A stretch of DNA of 64,000 bases from Epiperipatus broadwayi (GCA_028023455.1 JAQFVV010000003.1:11594001-11658000); one strand, 5' to 3'; counted from the first letter of the stretch, positions 40,270 through 55,799 are shown. The notes: generated from the sequence alone by a model not told the origin. A program made the numbers and translations.

Positions 40270-41570
40270 GGGGTCTGTCCTAAAGCTGAATGGCACATTG
40301 AAACTTCTAGGCAAGGTTTGGAGATTCACATGTTTTGCAGATAGAGAGAGAACAAGCAGTCTAGCCAAAGATCATATTAGGATGATTTTTTATTAGGCTG
40401 TTTGATGGTTCCATTAAATCACTTTTCTAGTAGTCTAGTAGCTAAATCTTGTGTCGATTCATAAATCTTGTATCTCTGAATAAATTTCTAATGATTTTGC
40501 AGCTTATTTATATTTTTTTATCTGACAAATGGATTCATCTTACATGCCTTTTGATCCCATTGGTGTTAATGCATTTTCATCCTTGTCTGCATTTTTTAAT
40601 CCCCTAGATCATTGGACATTTTCTCTTTGGTGGGAACAGACTTTTAATTAATGACTATGTGTTTTCAAATCTTAATTTTTCTTGCCTGCAGCATGATGAC
40701 TTGACACCTTTAATTATTATACCACAGTTATTCTGTCTTAGAAGTTTTCTTCAATCTGATTTTATTTAAGTGCCTTTTAACTTAGTAGTTTTAATAAAAA
40801 TTAAAAAATATATATACTTTTTTATCTTTTTAATTGCACTATAAACATGTTTGATAACCTTTTCGTTTGACCAAATCATTATGAATTAACAAATTATCAT
40901 TTTAATTGTGGTCAAATTTCATTACTTTTTATTTCTCTTTAAAATATTATTAGTCTTCCTTAAAATATTATTAGTCTGACTTAAAATATTATTAGTCTGA
41001 TTTGGCTTTAACCTATGTCATTTTAATTGGGGGGGAGGGGTCTTCTAAACATATATGTAAAACAGCATGTCTGTTTCAATACATATTTTAGGCAAATATA
41101 CAGATAAAAATTAACCATTTACAGTTCAGGCTAACAAATAAAGAGACAGTCATATTCTTGGATGGAGATAAAACTTGTTGCAGCTTACTTCAAGACAATT
41201 CTCATTCTACATTTTCTTTAATGAATAAGTTACATAGTGAGACTTAAATGGTGTTCAACTTCTAGTTATAACTTAACAGTTTTCTTCAAATCCATTTTAG
41301 AAAACATTTTTTCTTTACTTGTAGTGAAATGAGTTCTATTTCAGACTACTATAACTATTTCTCACTGTTCTCTTCATAGCTGAACTTTTGCTGCTTTCTT
41401 CAATAGTTGAATCAAAACTAACTGAAGTTACTGATTTCTTCAATAGTTTGATCAAAAATGATTGTTCCTCATAATACACTGAGACCAACAGACTACTCTG
41501 CCCCAATTTACTTTTTGGAACAATCCTGCATCCATCCAATTACATCTTGTCTCCCATGTTACCAAATTAA
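40270..41570 (-). mobile_element. Probable hAT transposase remnant
   Basis: SVSFDSTIEES near 41400 resembles FSIxxDES. HPNM..LARLLVLSLSAKHV near 40330-40390 resembles the hAT dimerisation motif YPNLxxLAxxxLxLPxS. Confidence 0.4.
40940..41002. repeat. 21-bp unit repeated three times
   Basis: ttaaaatattattagtct occurs three times. Confidence 0.9.
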
Positions 41571-42046
41571 ATACTGACTAATTGTGTCTATTTTTATAAA
41601 AAAGCTTGTTATTTCCATCCTTTTTAAATAAAAAAAAATCCCTGTAGTTATATTTCTCTTGTGCTAAATCTTAAGACAATTTTTTAATTACCATGAATTA
41701 ACAAACATTGCCTTTTGATAAAAGATTAAAAAAAAAAAAACAACTTTAGTTAATTAAAATAAAATTGAATGAAAATGTTGAAATCTTATTTTTAAATCTT
41801 TCCTTATTTACCTCTATTAAATTTACCTTAGAACTTTTTAAAAAAGCAATTAAAGGTATATCATATTATGGAAGAGAATAAAAAATTATTTACTTTATTT
41901 TATACTTTTCTCTCTTTTACAACTATTTATATCACATTATAATAATATTCACATTATTCTTTTTAAAAAGTTTGAGAATTATATTATTATTTCATTATTT
42001 AAATACATTTTTAATTTATGAAAGGCTAGAGGTGGCAACTGTCTGT

Positions 42047-42238
42047 ATATATACAAAATGATAAATTATTTGCTTCCTTTTAGTATTCTGTATCACTAGG
42101 TTAAAAAGTTAGAATTTCCAGTATCACCACATATATACAATTTAAAAGTTTGTGTGTATTTAAAATAAAATATATATTATTGTAAATGCTATGTTTATTG
42201 TTAATGTTTACATATAAGTGAATGCATAAAATATATGT
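42047..42238 (+). repeat. ~190-bp dispersed repeat, copy 2
   Basis: Matches 36907-37098 with moderate divergence. Confidence 0.85.
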
Positions 42239-45200
42239 TCAATCTAATTGTCACAATTATTAAATCTCATTTAATTATTATTGCTTAAGACATTTTGATT
42301 TTGATTTTAATTCATATTAGTTGACAAAATGATAACAATAGTTTTAATTTTGTGCAATAATATGTTTCTTACATAGAGTGAAAATTTCAAAATGCTTATT
42401 TCAAAAATGCATTTAAATATTTATATTTAGATGCATTTTTGATGTAGATTACTTTTAACAATGGCAATGTTAAAAAAGTCATGAAATGCATAAACAAACA
42501 CATATTCCTAGATTTTTTTTTCAGAATTAATAAATAATAAGATATGTTAAGAAAAATAGTTGTCAAACTCTGTTATACTTAATGGAGTTATTTAGACTAT
42601 TTAATGAAATAAATATTCCTTTAATTACAGGTTTCTTTTACATCAGTCAGTACAGCTTTAACAGACTGTGTGTTAAAAGTCAAATCCAGATGTAATATCA
42701 ATACAGTTTCATAGTTTATGCAGAACTTGTGAAAGATTAAGTGATGGGTAAAGTAATACAAAATTACACATTTTACCCATTCATTACAAATTTATCTGTT
42801 TATATATTGGCATATATTCATAGAAAATGAGTATAGATGGATTTCTCTCCAACATACATCAGCTAGTAAGTTTATTATTATTCTTTTCCAGAATAAGATT
42901 ATTGACTTTCTTCTCAGATATCTGATAGTTCTTGAGACATTGATTAGTTTATTTATTTCAAAATGAATAAATGAATGATCATTTTCTTTTATATTTACAC
43001 TCATGACAAACAAAAACAAATTTCTGTACTGTAATTTTCACTATATCACTCTCATGCAAAGTAGGGAAATGTCAGAAATATTCATTATTGGATAATCTCT
43101 AGGCTAATAAATGACTAAGAACAATTATTAAAAAGCAAATTATGTCTCTTAATTCATGAAGGCTGTAAAATTGTCAGCTAATGCAAATTAAAAGCAATCA
43201 AAGACTGGGAGTACTAAAAATCTCCTAGTTACAGATCTAGTTTGCCATTTACTGATGATCTTTTAGCAGCTACACAAAAGCATAGAATTCTTTCATAAGA
43301 ATAAAAACTGCATATCAAATACAACATTATTAAAATTTCAAGAAATGACTTGAAAAATGAATGTCCACTTTACTATAATGACATGAATATTGGAATCACA
43401 AGTAGAATAGGATTTATTAGTTATTCAATTTAATCTCATAAGAACTCATATGTCTAACTGTAAATCAAACAACTTTGTCTGAAGTCACCAGGAACATGCT
43501 AGGGCAACCAGTTTAGACAATGCTAACTTTAATAATAAGGTTATATTCATTGTAGATGTAAATAAAGTATTATTGCATGTGGTTCAGCCTAATATTCCCA
43601 AAGTAGAATCACTATGTATTCCTTTTCATGTTCAAAGTCTTCCAAATATCAATATTAGAAATATATAGATATGAATGAAAAAAAGGAAATATTAAGTAAA
43701 AAGAGTTGGTGAAAAGAAGTAGATAAAAAAAATTAGAGAAAGAAATTTTCATAAAAAATTTTGGATTGATTAAAAAACAGGGTGATTGGAAAATCAAAAC
43801 ATATCATAGAATGCTTTAGACTGATAAAAAGTGAATGAATATAATATTAATTCTATGTACTAAATGTACCGAGTAACAGGACCACAATAAATATTGAATT
43901 ATTTCTTTACCATATCATTTTTGATTACCACACAAATGAAATAATGGCAAAATGTACAACCAAAAATATAATTTCTTAAATATTAGTTTCACCAAGAATT
44001 TTGATCAGACTTTCAGAAATATAATAAAAATTTATTGGTAAATCTACTTTAATATAATACCTACTCACTGGATAGTAAGTGTTCAAAGTTAATAAATTAT
44101 TTCAAAAGCCCCAATTCTCAATTAATAAATTTTCCTGTAATCTTATACCCACATTTCTGATGCAGACCTAATTCAATCAAAATTTCCAAATGAAATTTCA
44201 AGTAGAATGGATTTTTATCATCAAGTGTAACAAAATCAAGATAGCATTTTTTAAAAAAAAAATGCAATGAATCCCAGAACTTAAGAAAATAAAATGATAA
44301 AAATAGTTTTTCTTGATCTAATTAACTATTTAGTAAATAAACTACACAGATTTAAACTCAGGAAAAAATTACATTACGTGAATTATAAATAATGTGGATT
44401 CCAAGATACTTCACTATCAATTTCTTAAATAATATGAGAATCCAATAATCCTCTAAACTCTGTATGTTGTGCAATTTTTTTTCCACATAGAGCAGTAACA
44501 TTCTTGATGCAAATAGAAATCTTGCAGATTCCTAGTAATTGCATTACTAATTGGAATTTTTAACATGCTTAGTGACTAATCTTAAAATATCTGTAGTGAA
44601 GATGAAAATATATATGCAAATCTTTACAAAGTTTTCAATCTAAAAATAGATCGAATAACTAGTAATAATATTTATTCACCCTTGTTTTTAATTTTCTATT
44701 TAATCTTATATTTTAAATTTTTTTTTTTTAAACATATAAACTTTTAGCAAATGAAAAAATCACAAATATATAAAGTTTTAACTGTAAATGTATTTATAAA
44801 TAATGGGAGAAATAAAACTTTGTGCTTTTTGTTTATTTGTTTGCTTTATTTAAAATTTGGGATCACACATGCTGGATGTTTATGATGGCCCAAAGTGCCA
44901 TATTATGCCAAGAGGGGTAAGGATATCTTTGACAGTGCAAAGTGCCAAAATAAAAATTCACAAAAAGTATTGCATTAAAATACATTTTTATTCAGTATGG
45001 TAATGTGCTTTTTCATTTTTCCAATGATGAATATATACCTCTATTTTGGTAGTACAAAATCACTAAAAGTAAAAAGCACAAAATCACACAGGTCAGCATA
45101 TTTTATAACTTGATGATGTGTATATATGTGAAAGATGGTAACATGTATATATCTGACATGGATTAATCATACCAGGATTCTAGGATGACATGACATCATA

Positions 45201-45864
45201 AACAAAAACTTTAAATTACCAGACAAAAACATCTTTGGAGTAATATGTCATAGCAGGAATAATATCAAAGTACCCAAAAAGTTTTGAGAAAAGAAATAAA
45301 AATAATATTGGGTTAATATTAAAACTTTTAAAAAAGCATGTTGGCTACTTAATCAGACAATAAATATCAATGAGGACAAAGCTCTATAAGAAAAATGGAA
45401 GCATGAACTAGAAGAAATGGACCTGAGAAAAAGAATAGTTGTTTCAATGAGGAAAAAACATATTGTGTAATTAAAAAATAAGGAATGAAATAAAACTAAG
45501 TCAAAATAAAGCTGCTATCAACATGGATATATGTCAGTATGTTGTTTTCTTGATAAGATACTCTGACTAAATGATAAAACTTGATTATGATCACTAATAT
45601 TTTTTATATGTCTTTGAATAAAAATAAATATACAAAATTTGATATTTTGAAATATTTCGGATAAAATAGAAAAATTTTTAAATACTATTTTTAAAGAACA
45701 ATTGTCAAGATAATTACATTATTAATTTCAGTTTCTAACAAACTTTCACTTTATTAGTTATTTTAAAAAATCAATAAAATATCATCAATATTCTTCATTT
45801 AAAAAACTAAAAAAAAATTGTAAAATAATGTTATCATATGTTTGCAATTACTGATTCTCACATT

Positions 45865-45865
<1 letters not shown>

Positions 45866-45960
<95 letters not shown>
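45866..45960. repeat. (AAT)n microsatellite
   Basis: Read directly; explains the poly-Ile ORF 45838-46080. Confidence 0.98.
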
Positions 45961-46499
45961 TATATAAGTTATTCAAGAGACTCTCTTAATCTTGTGGTCA
46001 TTAATGTATTTACTTTTATTTCAGTGATATTAATATATTTTATTATTTCTGTAGATATATTTTCTTGTTTTTTTAATTAAAACACTGAAATTCATTAATT
46101 TTCTAGTTTTTATTTATTTTCTATGTATGTTTTGACTTCATTATAAAAAAATCATCTTCAGAGTTATATAGATATATATATTTAATATACACAACATATA
46201 AATCAAATACACAAAATAAAACAACAAAAATATTAAAATTAAAATTTTCAGATACATATATATGCCCTATCCAATAAATTTAAGTTTTTTTTTCTACATT
46301 ATCATCATCATTATTATTATTTTCACTCAAATGGTTTTCATTTTTATCTATTTACATACTTAAGTTAATATTAAACCATCATTATACATTTTACTTTCCA
46401 AATTATTTTTAAATAATAAAAAAATAATAATGACAACAAAAATAATTACCAGATTTTTGATGATGATGATGATGATTATTATTATTATTATTATTTATG

Positions 46500-48170
46500 A
46501 TGTTCACATGCTTATACCTTAGTTACAGTGGCATGATGGTAATTTTTAAATATTTGTTTTCACTGCTAATTACATAGGTATGGAAGTGTTAATTTATGAT
46601 ATTCTTCACATTGCTACCATTGTTTAATTTTTAATGTTGTTAGTTTGTGATATTATTATTGGTTAGAGTCCCTTCTTTAATCTCTCATTCATATTCTATT
46701 ATTGACACTGTTCATTGGTCAAGAGTTTTAATTCATTGGTTCAGCTGTGTGAGTATCAACATTTCATTTTGTCCTTTTAGTTTCCTGTTCATTATTGGTT
46801 TTGATTAATTAGGTTGTGTTTATATAATAACTGCTAGTAGTTGCATGCTCTTATAGGTTAGTTTGTAATTTTAATAGTGACCAGGTGCCTCCAAAAATAC
46901 TTGGATCTACTATCTTTGTGTATCTGTTTCTTATTTGTTATAGTTTGTTATAAAATGTTGTCGGATGTCATCTGGTGTTGCCCAGACTGAATATATATCA
47001 TGTGCACCAAAATGCATAGAGAGGACCAAAATGCATAGAGAGCAAAGATTGCTGTGCATGATGTCAAGGTTGTCTTCTTCTGGGAAAAATCTGTTAGCTA
47101 CTGTATAGTTTGTCTTGTTCTATATTCATTCAGCATGTTGTCTCACATAGTATTTAGTGCTATACAATTGTAATATATGTTTTTGTTTTTCTTCAGCATC
47201 ATGGCATAAGTTTCAAAATGGATTTATTGACCTATAAAGGTTATGGTAGCATAAGAAATAGGATGTTAGTAGTGAAAATAGGTTTATCTTTATCAAGAAG
47301 TCAAAAAATTTCAGTCCATTAACCATTTCCTAAAATTTATATGGAACTGCCTGTTGTTTACTCTTAGCATTGAACTAATGTTAAGATTGTTTGTGGCTTG
47401 GTTGATCAACTCATATGTCTGTCAGTATGTGTACTTGCTATCAAATGTAAACATTGTAGTTCCGACATTAATCTATGCTGAATATACTAATGATACAAGA
47501 CATCCATATGCTGGAGGTGGATGATCTATAGGGATCTGCTGAAACTTTGCAGTAATTTTTGCCAGCATGTTATTGTTTTTCATGTGTGGAACACTTGTAT
47601 TGTGTGGAGTCCCAGATCATTCCATATAGCTGATTGACTAAGTTGTTTGATTGAAATGACTATGGTTTTCCTATTCCATAGTAGTTTGCTACAGAGAGAT
47701 AATATGGCAACTATAAAGTTTTTTGTAAAGTAATAATAGGTGGAAAATATGTAATTCTTGTTGTTATGAGTATGTTAAATAGGTGCACTTTTGAATATAG
47801 TGACAAATACACATTCTACAATGATGTGACTATGTTGATTGCTTTTTGTTTGAGTTTATTTTGCAGTGTTTGTCGCATTCTATGTGCTCCCAGGTAAAAT
47901 GGGAATCCAAGAAATAGGGTAGGTTTTCCTTGATATAGTTGTATGTGGGGTTTGTTAGTGTAGATGAACCATGCTGATGTTTTGTTGAGGTTGGATTGTA
48001 GTATGCATGTGGTTGCATAATTCCATAGTATTCTTTCCAATACTGGCATTTCTTTATGTAATGTCAGAACAATATAAAAAAATTGATAGAATAATGATTT
48101 GCATAAATTTGCATTCATTATGTTTAACACATAATAATGACTATGAATATGGAGTAAACATACTCTGAAA
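46500..48170 (-). mobile_element. Old, decayed Penelope-like element
   Basis: Remnants YTY*QTYELINQ (YxQxxGxxMG region), LKFFDFLIKI (FLD motif), HP motif and a GIY-YIG-like ...QETKR near 46790-46830. Confidence 0.45.
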
Positions 48171-48199
48171 GCACTAAGCTAAACATTATTATTTGTAAA

Positions 48200-48870
48200 A
48201 AAATTTATTAACTTCACCTATATATGTTTAAAGCATATTATAAGTATCATCCATATATCAATGCATGGAATATGTTGGAAAGTTACTGGTATTAATATTT
48301 CTGCAATTAATTTTCAATCTGTTTTAGGAATGGATTTAAGTGTAGGATGAACAGCAGTGAGCTGAGTGGAAATCCTTATGAAATTGATTGTATGGGAGTA
48401 AATGATGTGTTTCTTCTACTAAATGATGTATAGTAGGGTGAATGAAATTCACTGTCTAAGCAAGCATGTTCATTAAGATGTCTATTCCAATGGAATCAAA
48501 CACAATGAATCAAACACTGCCTGTACATCCAATTGAATTGTAATTGGGGCATAGTTTTATCTTGTTGCACTACATTTTGTATCATTTTGAATCCCAGTGC
48601 AGCCTGTGTGGTGGAAGTTCCCTTCTCTATGTACTGCATGTTTGATATCAGGAGCAATATGTATTATTTTATTTTTGATTACCTTTTCTAATATTTTGAT
48701 GCCCAAAGAACCCATGGAGATGGGTCAAAGCTTGCAGAGATTTGATATGGTTGCTATTGTTTTTTTGTCATTGTCAAATGGGACTATTGCTATTGGATGT
48801 AATTCTCTAATATTATATAATTTGTGATAGAAAGTTAGCAAGGTTGCAAAGGTACTCTGTGGTAAATTGA
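48200..48870 (-). mobile_element. Non-LTR RT fragment
   Basis: PISMGSLGIKILEKVIKNKI, LDVQAVFDSL, S*GFPLSSLLFIL and IYMDDT occur in the expected order. Confidence 0.7.
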
Positions 48871-51800
48871 CTCCTTCTTCTTTTTTTTAATATTATTACT
48901 ATTATAAGCAGCTACTTTTTTGATCACTTATATATCACTATTATTTCTTTTTTAAAAAATATATAATTTGTACAACTGAAATAAATTATAGAACTTTTTC
49001 TTCCTCAGCATTAAAATAATAAAAGCTGCATTTACTTATAAATCTTGTTTAATTGCTAATTCTTCTTAACGCTTTACAAATTCAGACATTTTTATTGTAA
49101 ATTTGATTTTTTAATTTGATTCATCATATTTCCAATAGAATTAGTTATTTCAGTGTCCTCATAGCAGTTATCACATTTTATTTCATATATATCATATATT
49201 TTCACAATCATTACTTTTATTTAAACTTAATAAGTTATTTATATTGAGTTTTTCTTTTAGATATAAATTTGAATTTTATTTCTTGTTTGTATTTTATTTA
49301 ATTTTTTGGTAATTAAATTATTTTTTTCACATATTATTGTTTACTTTTAAATTGTAAATTTTTGATTTATTATTTTCTTTATTTTTCTTTATTATTTTAT
49401 CAAGTTATTATTACTTCTTTATAATACATTGTAGATAATTATTCATTATGGCTCTCTTTTATTCATTATTTTAATCATTAGAATTAAAATTGTAACTGTT
49501 TATTCTACTTTTTAATAAGTTATCTTTATGGATTTCATCAATATTTGATTTCATATTTGCTAAAAATTAATAATATATATCAACATTTATTTTGTTGTCT
49601 AATATATTTTATAAATATTCATAGTCACAAAGTTAATATAATTGTTTGTTTTTTCCACTTCCATTTCAAATTTTCTTCTTGTGAAATTCTAATTTATATT
49701 TATTTGGATTGAATATCATGAAATAATCACTTATTTATCTTTTATAAAACAATGATATATATTTTAGAGTTGTGAAGTATAGTCTTTCAAATTTTCTTAG
49801 AAACATGTCTTCCACATATTCACTTAAATTATTACCCATGCTTATTTTTTTAATTTGCTCATAATACTTTTCTTCATTCTATTGAATATATATAAATTTA
49901 AAAGAAAATCATTTTGAGGTGTTTTTTTTTTTCAAAATATATAATGCTTTTATTTATAATAATCTAAGTAATATATTCTATTTATGAATTTTTGAATATT
50001 CTTTTTATATTTATCATTGCTGGTTTATCGATATTGTTTTTTTTTGTATTAAATTTATTGTAATATTATTTCTTTCTTTATTATTATAGCTATTTTTTGT
50101 TTTGTTTTTATAAATTATTTTTCATTTAACAATTCCAACATTTTTTGATTATATACATTTTTTAATCCATTATGATCATATCTATTTTTATAAATAAATA
50201 TTTGTTTTATGTGTTGTTAATATTTTAAAATATGACATGTGACATTTTTAATTTTTTATTAATTATTTCAATTGTATTTTTTTAATAATAATAATAATTA
50301 TTATTATTGTTGTTATAATGATGATGATATCATAATATTTCATTTTTTAAATTTTATTTTGTTAATATTATATTTTTTAACATATTGTTTTAATAAAATT
50401 GTTCATTAGTAATTATGATTCTCTGAAGATTTGTGACAATGGTATATAACCATTAGTAACTCTGATTTTTTTTATTTTTAAATTTATTTTTAATATTTAT
50501 TATGAGAATCTATTTTAGCCTTTTTTAATATTTCAATTTTATTTGTTTGAAATTCTTTTCAGATAAATTTATTATAAATTAATCTTAATTTACATTACTA
50601 TTATATTTATTATTATCCTATAAATATTTTCATTATTGTTAGGGGTTTTTTAAAATGTATCTTTGATTGTGATAATCATTTTTAATTTGTTGTTGTTGTT
50701 CATTGGCAGCACTCTTTATGTGTCTATTTTCTATAAAGAAAAAGCAATCTAAAAAGAATTCTTCATACACAAATATAGGCCATACTTTAATATTAACAAA
50801 TAAAAAGATCTGTATTTATTTAAATGATAAAAATTACAGTTTTAAAAATTCATAAACAGTAGTTATATATGTGATCAAAAGAGATCAGCAGCCTATAATA
50901 AAATATTTTTGAAGATTTTAATAAAATAAAAAGACAATTCATTAAAATTTAAATGGTTTGACAAAAATTGTATTTATGTTTTTGTTGTTGTTATTAAAAA
51001 ATAAAGTAAAAATATAAAATACAAAATTATTGTTTAATATTAATTTGAATATATAAGCAACAAAAAAAAAAAACTAACTGTATAAAAAAAACTATTTATA
51101 TGGTAAAACTAATAACAATAATCCTGTTATAAAAATTCTGTTTTTATACCATACAAGAAATTATAAGTATATAATAATATTTATTTTCATTTTAATATTT
51201 TCAATAATTTGTTATTTATAGATTTTATATTTTCAATATACTTATATATGTAAAAAGAAGAAGAACTAATGATGATTTACATATAAAAAGTTTAAAATCA
51301 ACAATTTGAATGGTTTAATAACAGAAGCAAAAAAAATGATCTTGCAAATAAAACAAAAAAGCCACATGTAGATGTTCATATATTAAATGCTGTATTAATG
51401 TACATAAGTATGCTGAGATCACTAAGTTAAACAGCTGATATCAACTCTATTATCATGAGTATATTGGCTATAAATAAAATAATCATGTATTTCATTAAAG
51501 TTCATGAACTTTAAAAATTAAGCTTAACAATACCATAGAGTCATTATTTTTTAATTTACTTTTCTTGGTCATCATCCATATAATTTTAACGAAAATTATA
51601 TAGAATCTACACATACCTGACTGGTATATGGGTAACAAAAGACTGGAATGTATACAAAAGTGTTCAAAATATTTAATCTAATCTTTAATTTATTATAAGA
51701 GAAATAATAATCAGTAATTGTATTAATAAATTAATAGTAATAAAAATAAAAATGAAAGCTCTAAAATAAATATTTTTCAATGAAACAAATAAATTATATT

Positions 51801-53584
51801 TGAATTCTAATTTATTTATAAATATCACATAAATAAAAATGTCTTATATTGGTCAAAAATGAAACAATAAATGTAAAAACATTATTTAAATTGTGGTTTA
51901 CACATATTCGTATTTATACAAACGGTAAGTGGACTTAAATAGATTACTTATATTCATATGTGCAACAAAAGTATGTGCATTTTTCTTTAAATTAAAGACT
52001 ATTTTTTTATCAATATATTTTCTTTGAACATATGACTAATTTTAGAATTTAAATTTATATTTAACTATATATACATACATGCAAGTGCATTTTATAATAC
52101 TGCATAAAATATTTTGCATTAAACATATTTTCCTTACTTTTAATTTGACTAAATATAAACTAATCAATGGTTATTTATTAATATTTACATAATAAATTTT
52201 TAAAAAGAATTTTTCATTAACTTAACTCTTCTGTAAGTTTTTTTTTTCCTTAGGAATTTAACCTGGTTTTTTGCTTTTGTTCCTTTAATGAACTTGAAAT
52301 TTCTATAAAATGATTCCAATAGCATCTATTAATGTTAGTCAACTATTGATAATTTATCAAAATTATTTACAATTTTTTTTAAAAAAACAAATGGAAGTAT
52401 TCTTTTCATGCAAATAAGTAAACAGATTCTTTTGTATTACCTTAGGATTGGGATTAATATTTGCTATCGTATGTACATTACATAAGTAAATTACTGAATA
52501 TTGTATCAACATTAGTTTTTTTTTTCATCTGAGCTTCTATATACAGTATATGGAGATTAGGTTTTATATATACTAGTCTGTAGACTACTGGATTCTTCTA
52601 CCAATTACAGATTTATTTTATCCATGCTTCTATACATTTAAAAAATACCTTAATGTATATATACTACTGATTTTTTCTTATCTACTGAAGATTTTTCCCC
52701 ATGCCTGAAATATATGTAGAACACTCTAAAGCCTTATAAAAATACCTTGGTTAATCGGAACAGGCAATTCAACTGTTTATAGCTATCAATTCAAGTTTAA
52801 CTTCTATAATATTTGACCTTCAAGTATGGCACATGCAGTGAAATATGAAAATGGCGCAGAGAACATTAATAATGTATATTTCTGTGCAGCCACAAACTTT
52901 AATGAGCATGGTGTCCTGCAACAACAGGTTTTCTTTTTGATTCTGTAAGCTTCTAATTTAATGGCCTCAGAATTTATAAACACATATTAATGAAAGGTCA
53001 GATAGACAAGCAGAAGGTTCAGAACTAACTTTTTTTTTCTTAATTAATAAAAAGAAAGATTATAACTTTAAGACAATTGTTATTTGTTAAATCTTACAAT
53101 CATCAAGTCAACATAGGTTTACATCCTTTTAATTAAAAGACAAAACTAATTTCTTACTTACATTTTTTTTTATTTTTCTTTTAATACAAAATATATTTAG
53201 CAGTATGAGTTTGCATTCTTTTATTTAAGAAAAAAATAATAATTTCTTAATTATTTTTTTTTCTTAATCTTTTCAGACAAAATATATTTAACTAACTTTT
53301 ATAATCATATGCCCATTAAACAACATTTTTGTTTTTACAAAGTAGTGTTATAGGTTTCTTTTTTAATTATATTAATAATTTAGCTTTGCAATATTTTTAT
53401 CTGAATCAAAAATAAATTTTTAAAAATCTACTTATTAAAGAGCCTTTTATATTCACTTCCAAATAATTTATTTCAAAATATCACAAATATTATCATTTAT
53501 TTAATTAATATTTAAGTTATTCTGGCCTTTATTTTTAATATTTATATGAGCAACTTTTAATATTTTAAATAGAAATATATTTTA

Positions 53585-54175
53585 TATCTGGAATAGAGGA
53601 TTTGAACACAGACTTAAACTCCCTTCAGCATCCAATCCATCTCATACCAATGCACACACATGTGAAAAAGATAAATGATCTCCAATATACATATTTTGTG
53701 TTGAACCAGCACTCATCAGTTGGTCCAGATCATCATCTTTCATACATATATATAATCAGTGCTCGGTTTATATTAAGATAGAAAATTTTCACATTTTAAT
53801 GAACAGGCTTCAATCTACTCCACCCTCCAACTCTTCAGTCATCCATACCATTGAAAATCTGATGATGGATGTTCAAATCCCTTTTTAATGTCAATATTAG
53901 TGTCATTCCCATGTTGTCCTTAAATCACTCTGACCCTTCATGTGTAAGATCTTGTCCATTTAAATGCACAGAAGGAGTGGGCAGGATGCAGGCTGAATTA
54001 TATATGTGTGAGAGATGATGACCTGGACCAATTGATGAGTGCTGGTTCAGCATAAAACATGTATATTAAAAAATGATTTATTTTTTTCACGTGTGTGTGG
54101 TCATGTGTATCAGTTGTATGGTATAGATTGGATGGCTGGAGGAAGTTTGAAAGTCTGTGTTCAAATCTCCTATAT
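53585..54175. mobile_element. HHR family C, second locus, fold-back
   Basis: 53660-53940 aligns with 9130-9410. The arms ~53585-53750 and ~53995-54175 are inverted. HHR motifs at 53682-53723 (-) and 54028-54068 (+). Confidence 0.85.
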
Positions 54176-54319
54176 TATAAGTAACTTTTGTAGATAATAT
54201 TTTCTTTTTTTTCTCCTTACAAACTTATATTTATGTACACACATATTATCAAGATTACCCATTGGGTTGTGGCAATGACATTTTATTTCAATATATATAT
54301 TGTAACCTTTTAAAGATAT

Positions 54320-54720
54320 GTGAGAAAGGAGAAAAGAGGGGGGGGTAAAAAAAGAAAAGGAAAGAAGAGAAAGAGAATAGAATGAGAAAAGAGAGAGATG
54401 AAGAAAAGAAAATGATGATGAAGAAAAGAGAGATGATGATGAAGAAGTAAAGAAGAGAAAAGAGAGATGAAGAAAAAGAAATGATGAAGATGAGAAAGGA
54501 ACAGAAATGAGAGAAGAAATGATGATGATTATAAGAGAAAGAGATATGAAGAGAAAAAAGAGAAGTAGTAGAAGAGAGAGATGAAAAAGGAGGAAAAGAG
54601 AAGATGAAGAGAGATGAGGAGAGATAATGATAGGAGAGGAATATGAAGAGAGAGAGAAGATGAAGAAAATAAATAGAGAGAAGTGAAGAAGAGATGAGAG
54701 ATGATGATGAAGAAGAGACT
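54320..54720. repeat. Purine-rich (GA/GAT) low-complexity tract
   Basis: Almost no C over about 400 bp. Confidence 0.9.
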
Positions 54721-55799
54721 CTTGATGACTCGGCTCAGTGGGGTTACAATAAATTTAAAGAAAGAGATGATCTAGAGATGTATGATCAGATAGAGACCAA
54801 ATCCAATACTAAGACAATTATAACTATCATGGAATGTTAATGATTTACCAGTAAGCAATACAAAGATAAATTTTAAAATCATTAGCTAATAGTTATTGGA
54901 GTCAACCTATCATCAAATCACACTCTCTGAATAAGAATAAATGATACTTTGAATAGGAGGACTATCACATTAAATGTAAAACTAATAAGGCAACAAGAGC
55001 AAACAATCTCAGAGGTTTTAAAAACTAAAACTCTTGTGCAAAACTAAAAAAAAATTATATTAAGTTGCCTATTAAAGAATTGCTAAGATGACTAAACAAT
55101 TAAGTGATATCTTGGCCGACCATAAAATAACTACCTTGTGGTTCAAACATGGAACAATAAACAAATCAAATATTAATTTAATAATTTTAATGAACCAATC
55201 TAAATTTAGATTAATAATGGCCTATTACCCAAGATATTACTCGAGCAAGGAAAAGGGCAAGGGTACTTTTTATGCCTTTCCCCATACTCACAGACAACCT
55301 ACTAAAGACCTCAAATGTAGATGGATTACAATTCTTAACTATAAGATGATGATAAAGAATGTGCAGATAATGTCAGATAATGTGCAGCTTTTAAAATAAT
55401 AATAAATACTCTTCTGAGGCATTAACTTTCTACATTTTTATATTGCATATTTTTAGTCTAAGAAGATATAATGATAATTCAAAATCAATTATAAATGTGC
55501 ATTTAATTAAGTATCTGATATAATGTAATTATCTGTTACTGTGATTCAATCTGAGAATCACTTAAATTGGCATGGTTTTATACTTCAAACCAGTATCAAA
55601 TATATTTTATAAACTTTATCATATGTCTGTGAACTTCTGAATTGAAAATTTTTATGAACTGTGAAACTCAAGACAATAATATTTTCATATAAAGCAAAGC
55701 AAACAGAAACAAAACTTTTAAATTAATAATAATAAGGTTTATTATTTAAAACAATGAAAAGAAAATATTTACAATCAATTTTACCACAAGCATTGCCAA

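Noticed and set aside
45838-46080. Poly-Ile ORF
   Set aside because: Translation of an (AAT)n microsatellite.
48900-51900. T-rich then A-rich strand-skewed tract
   Set aside because: Low complexity with no true inverted repeat or motif visible.
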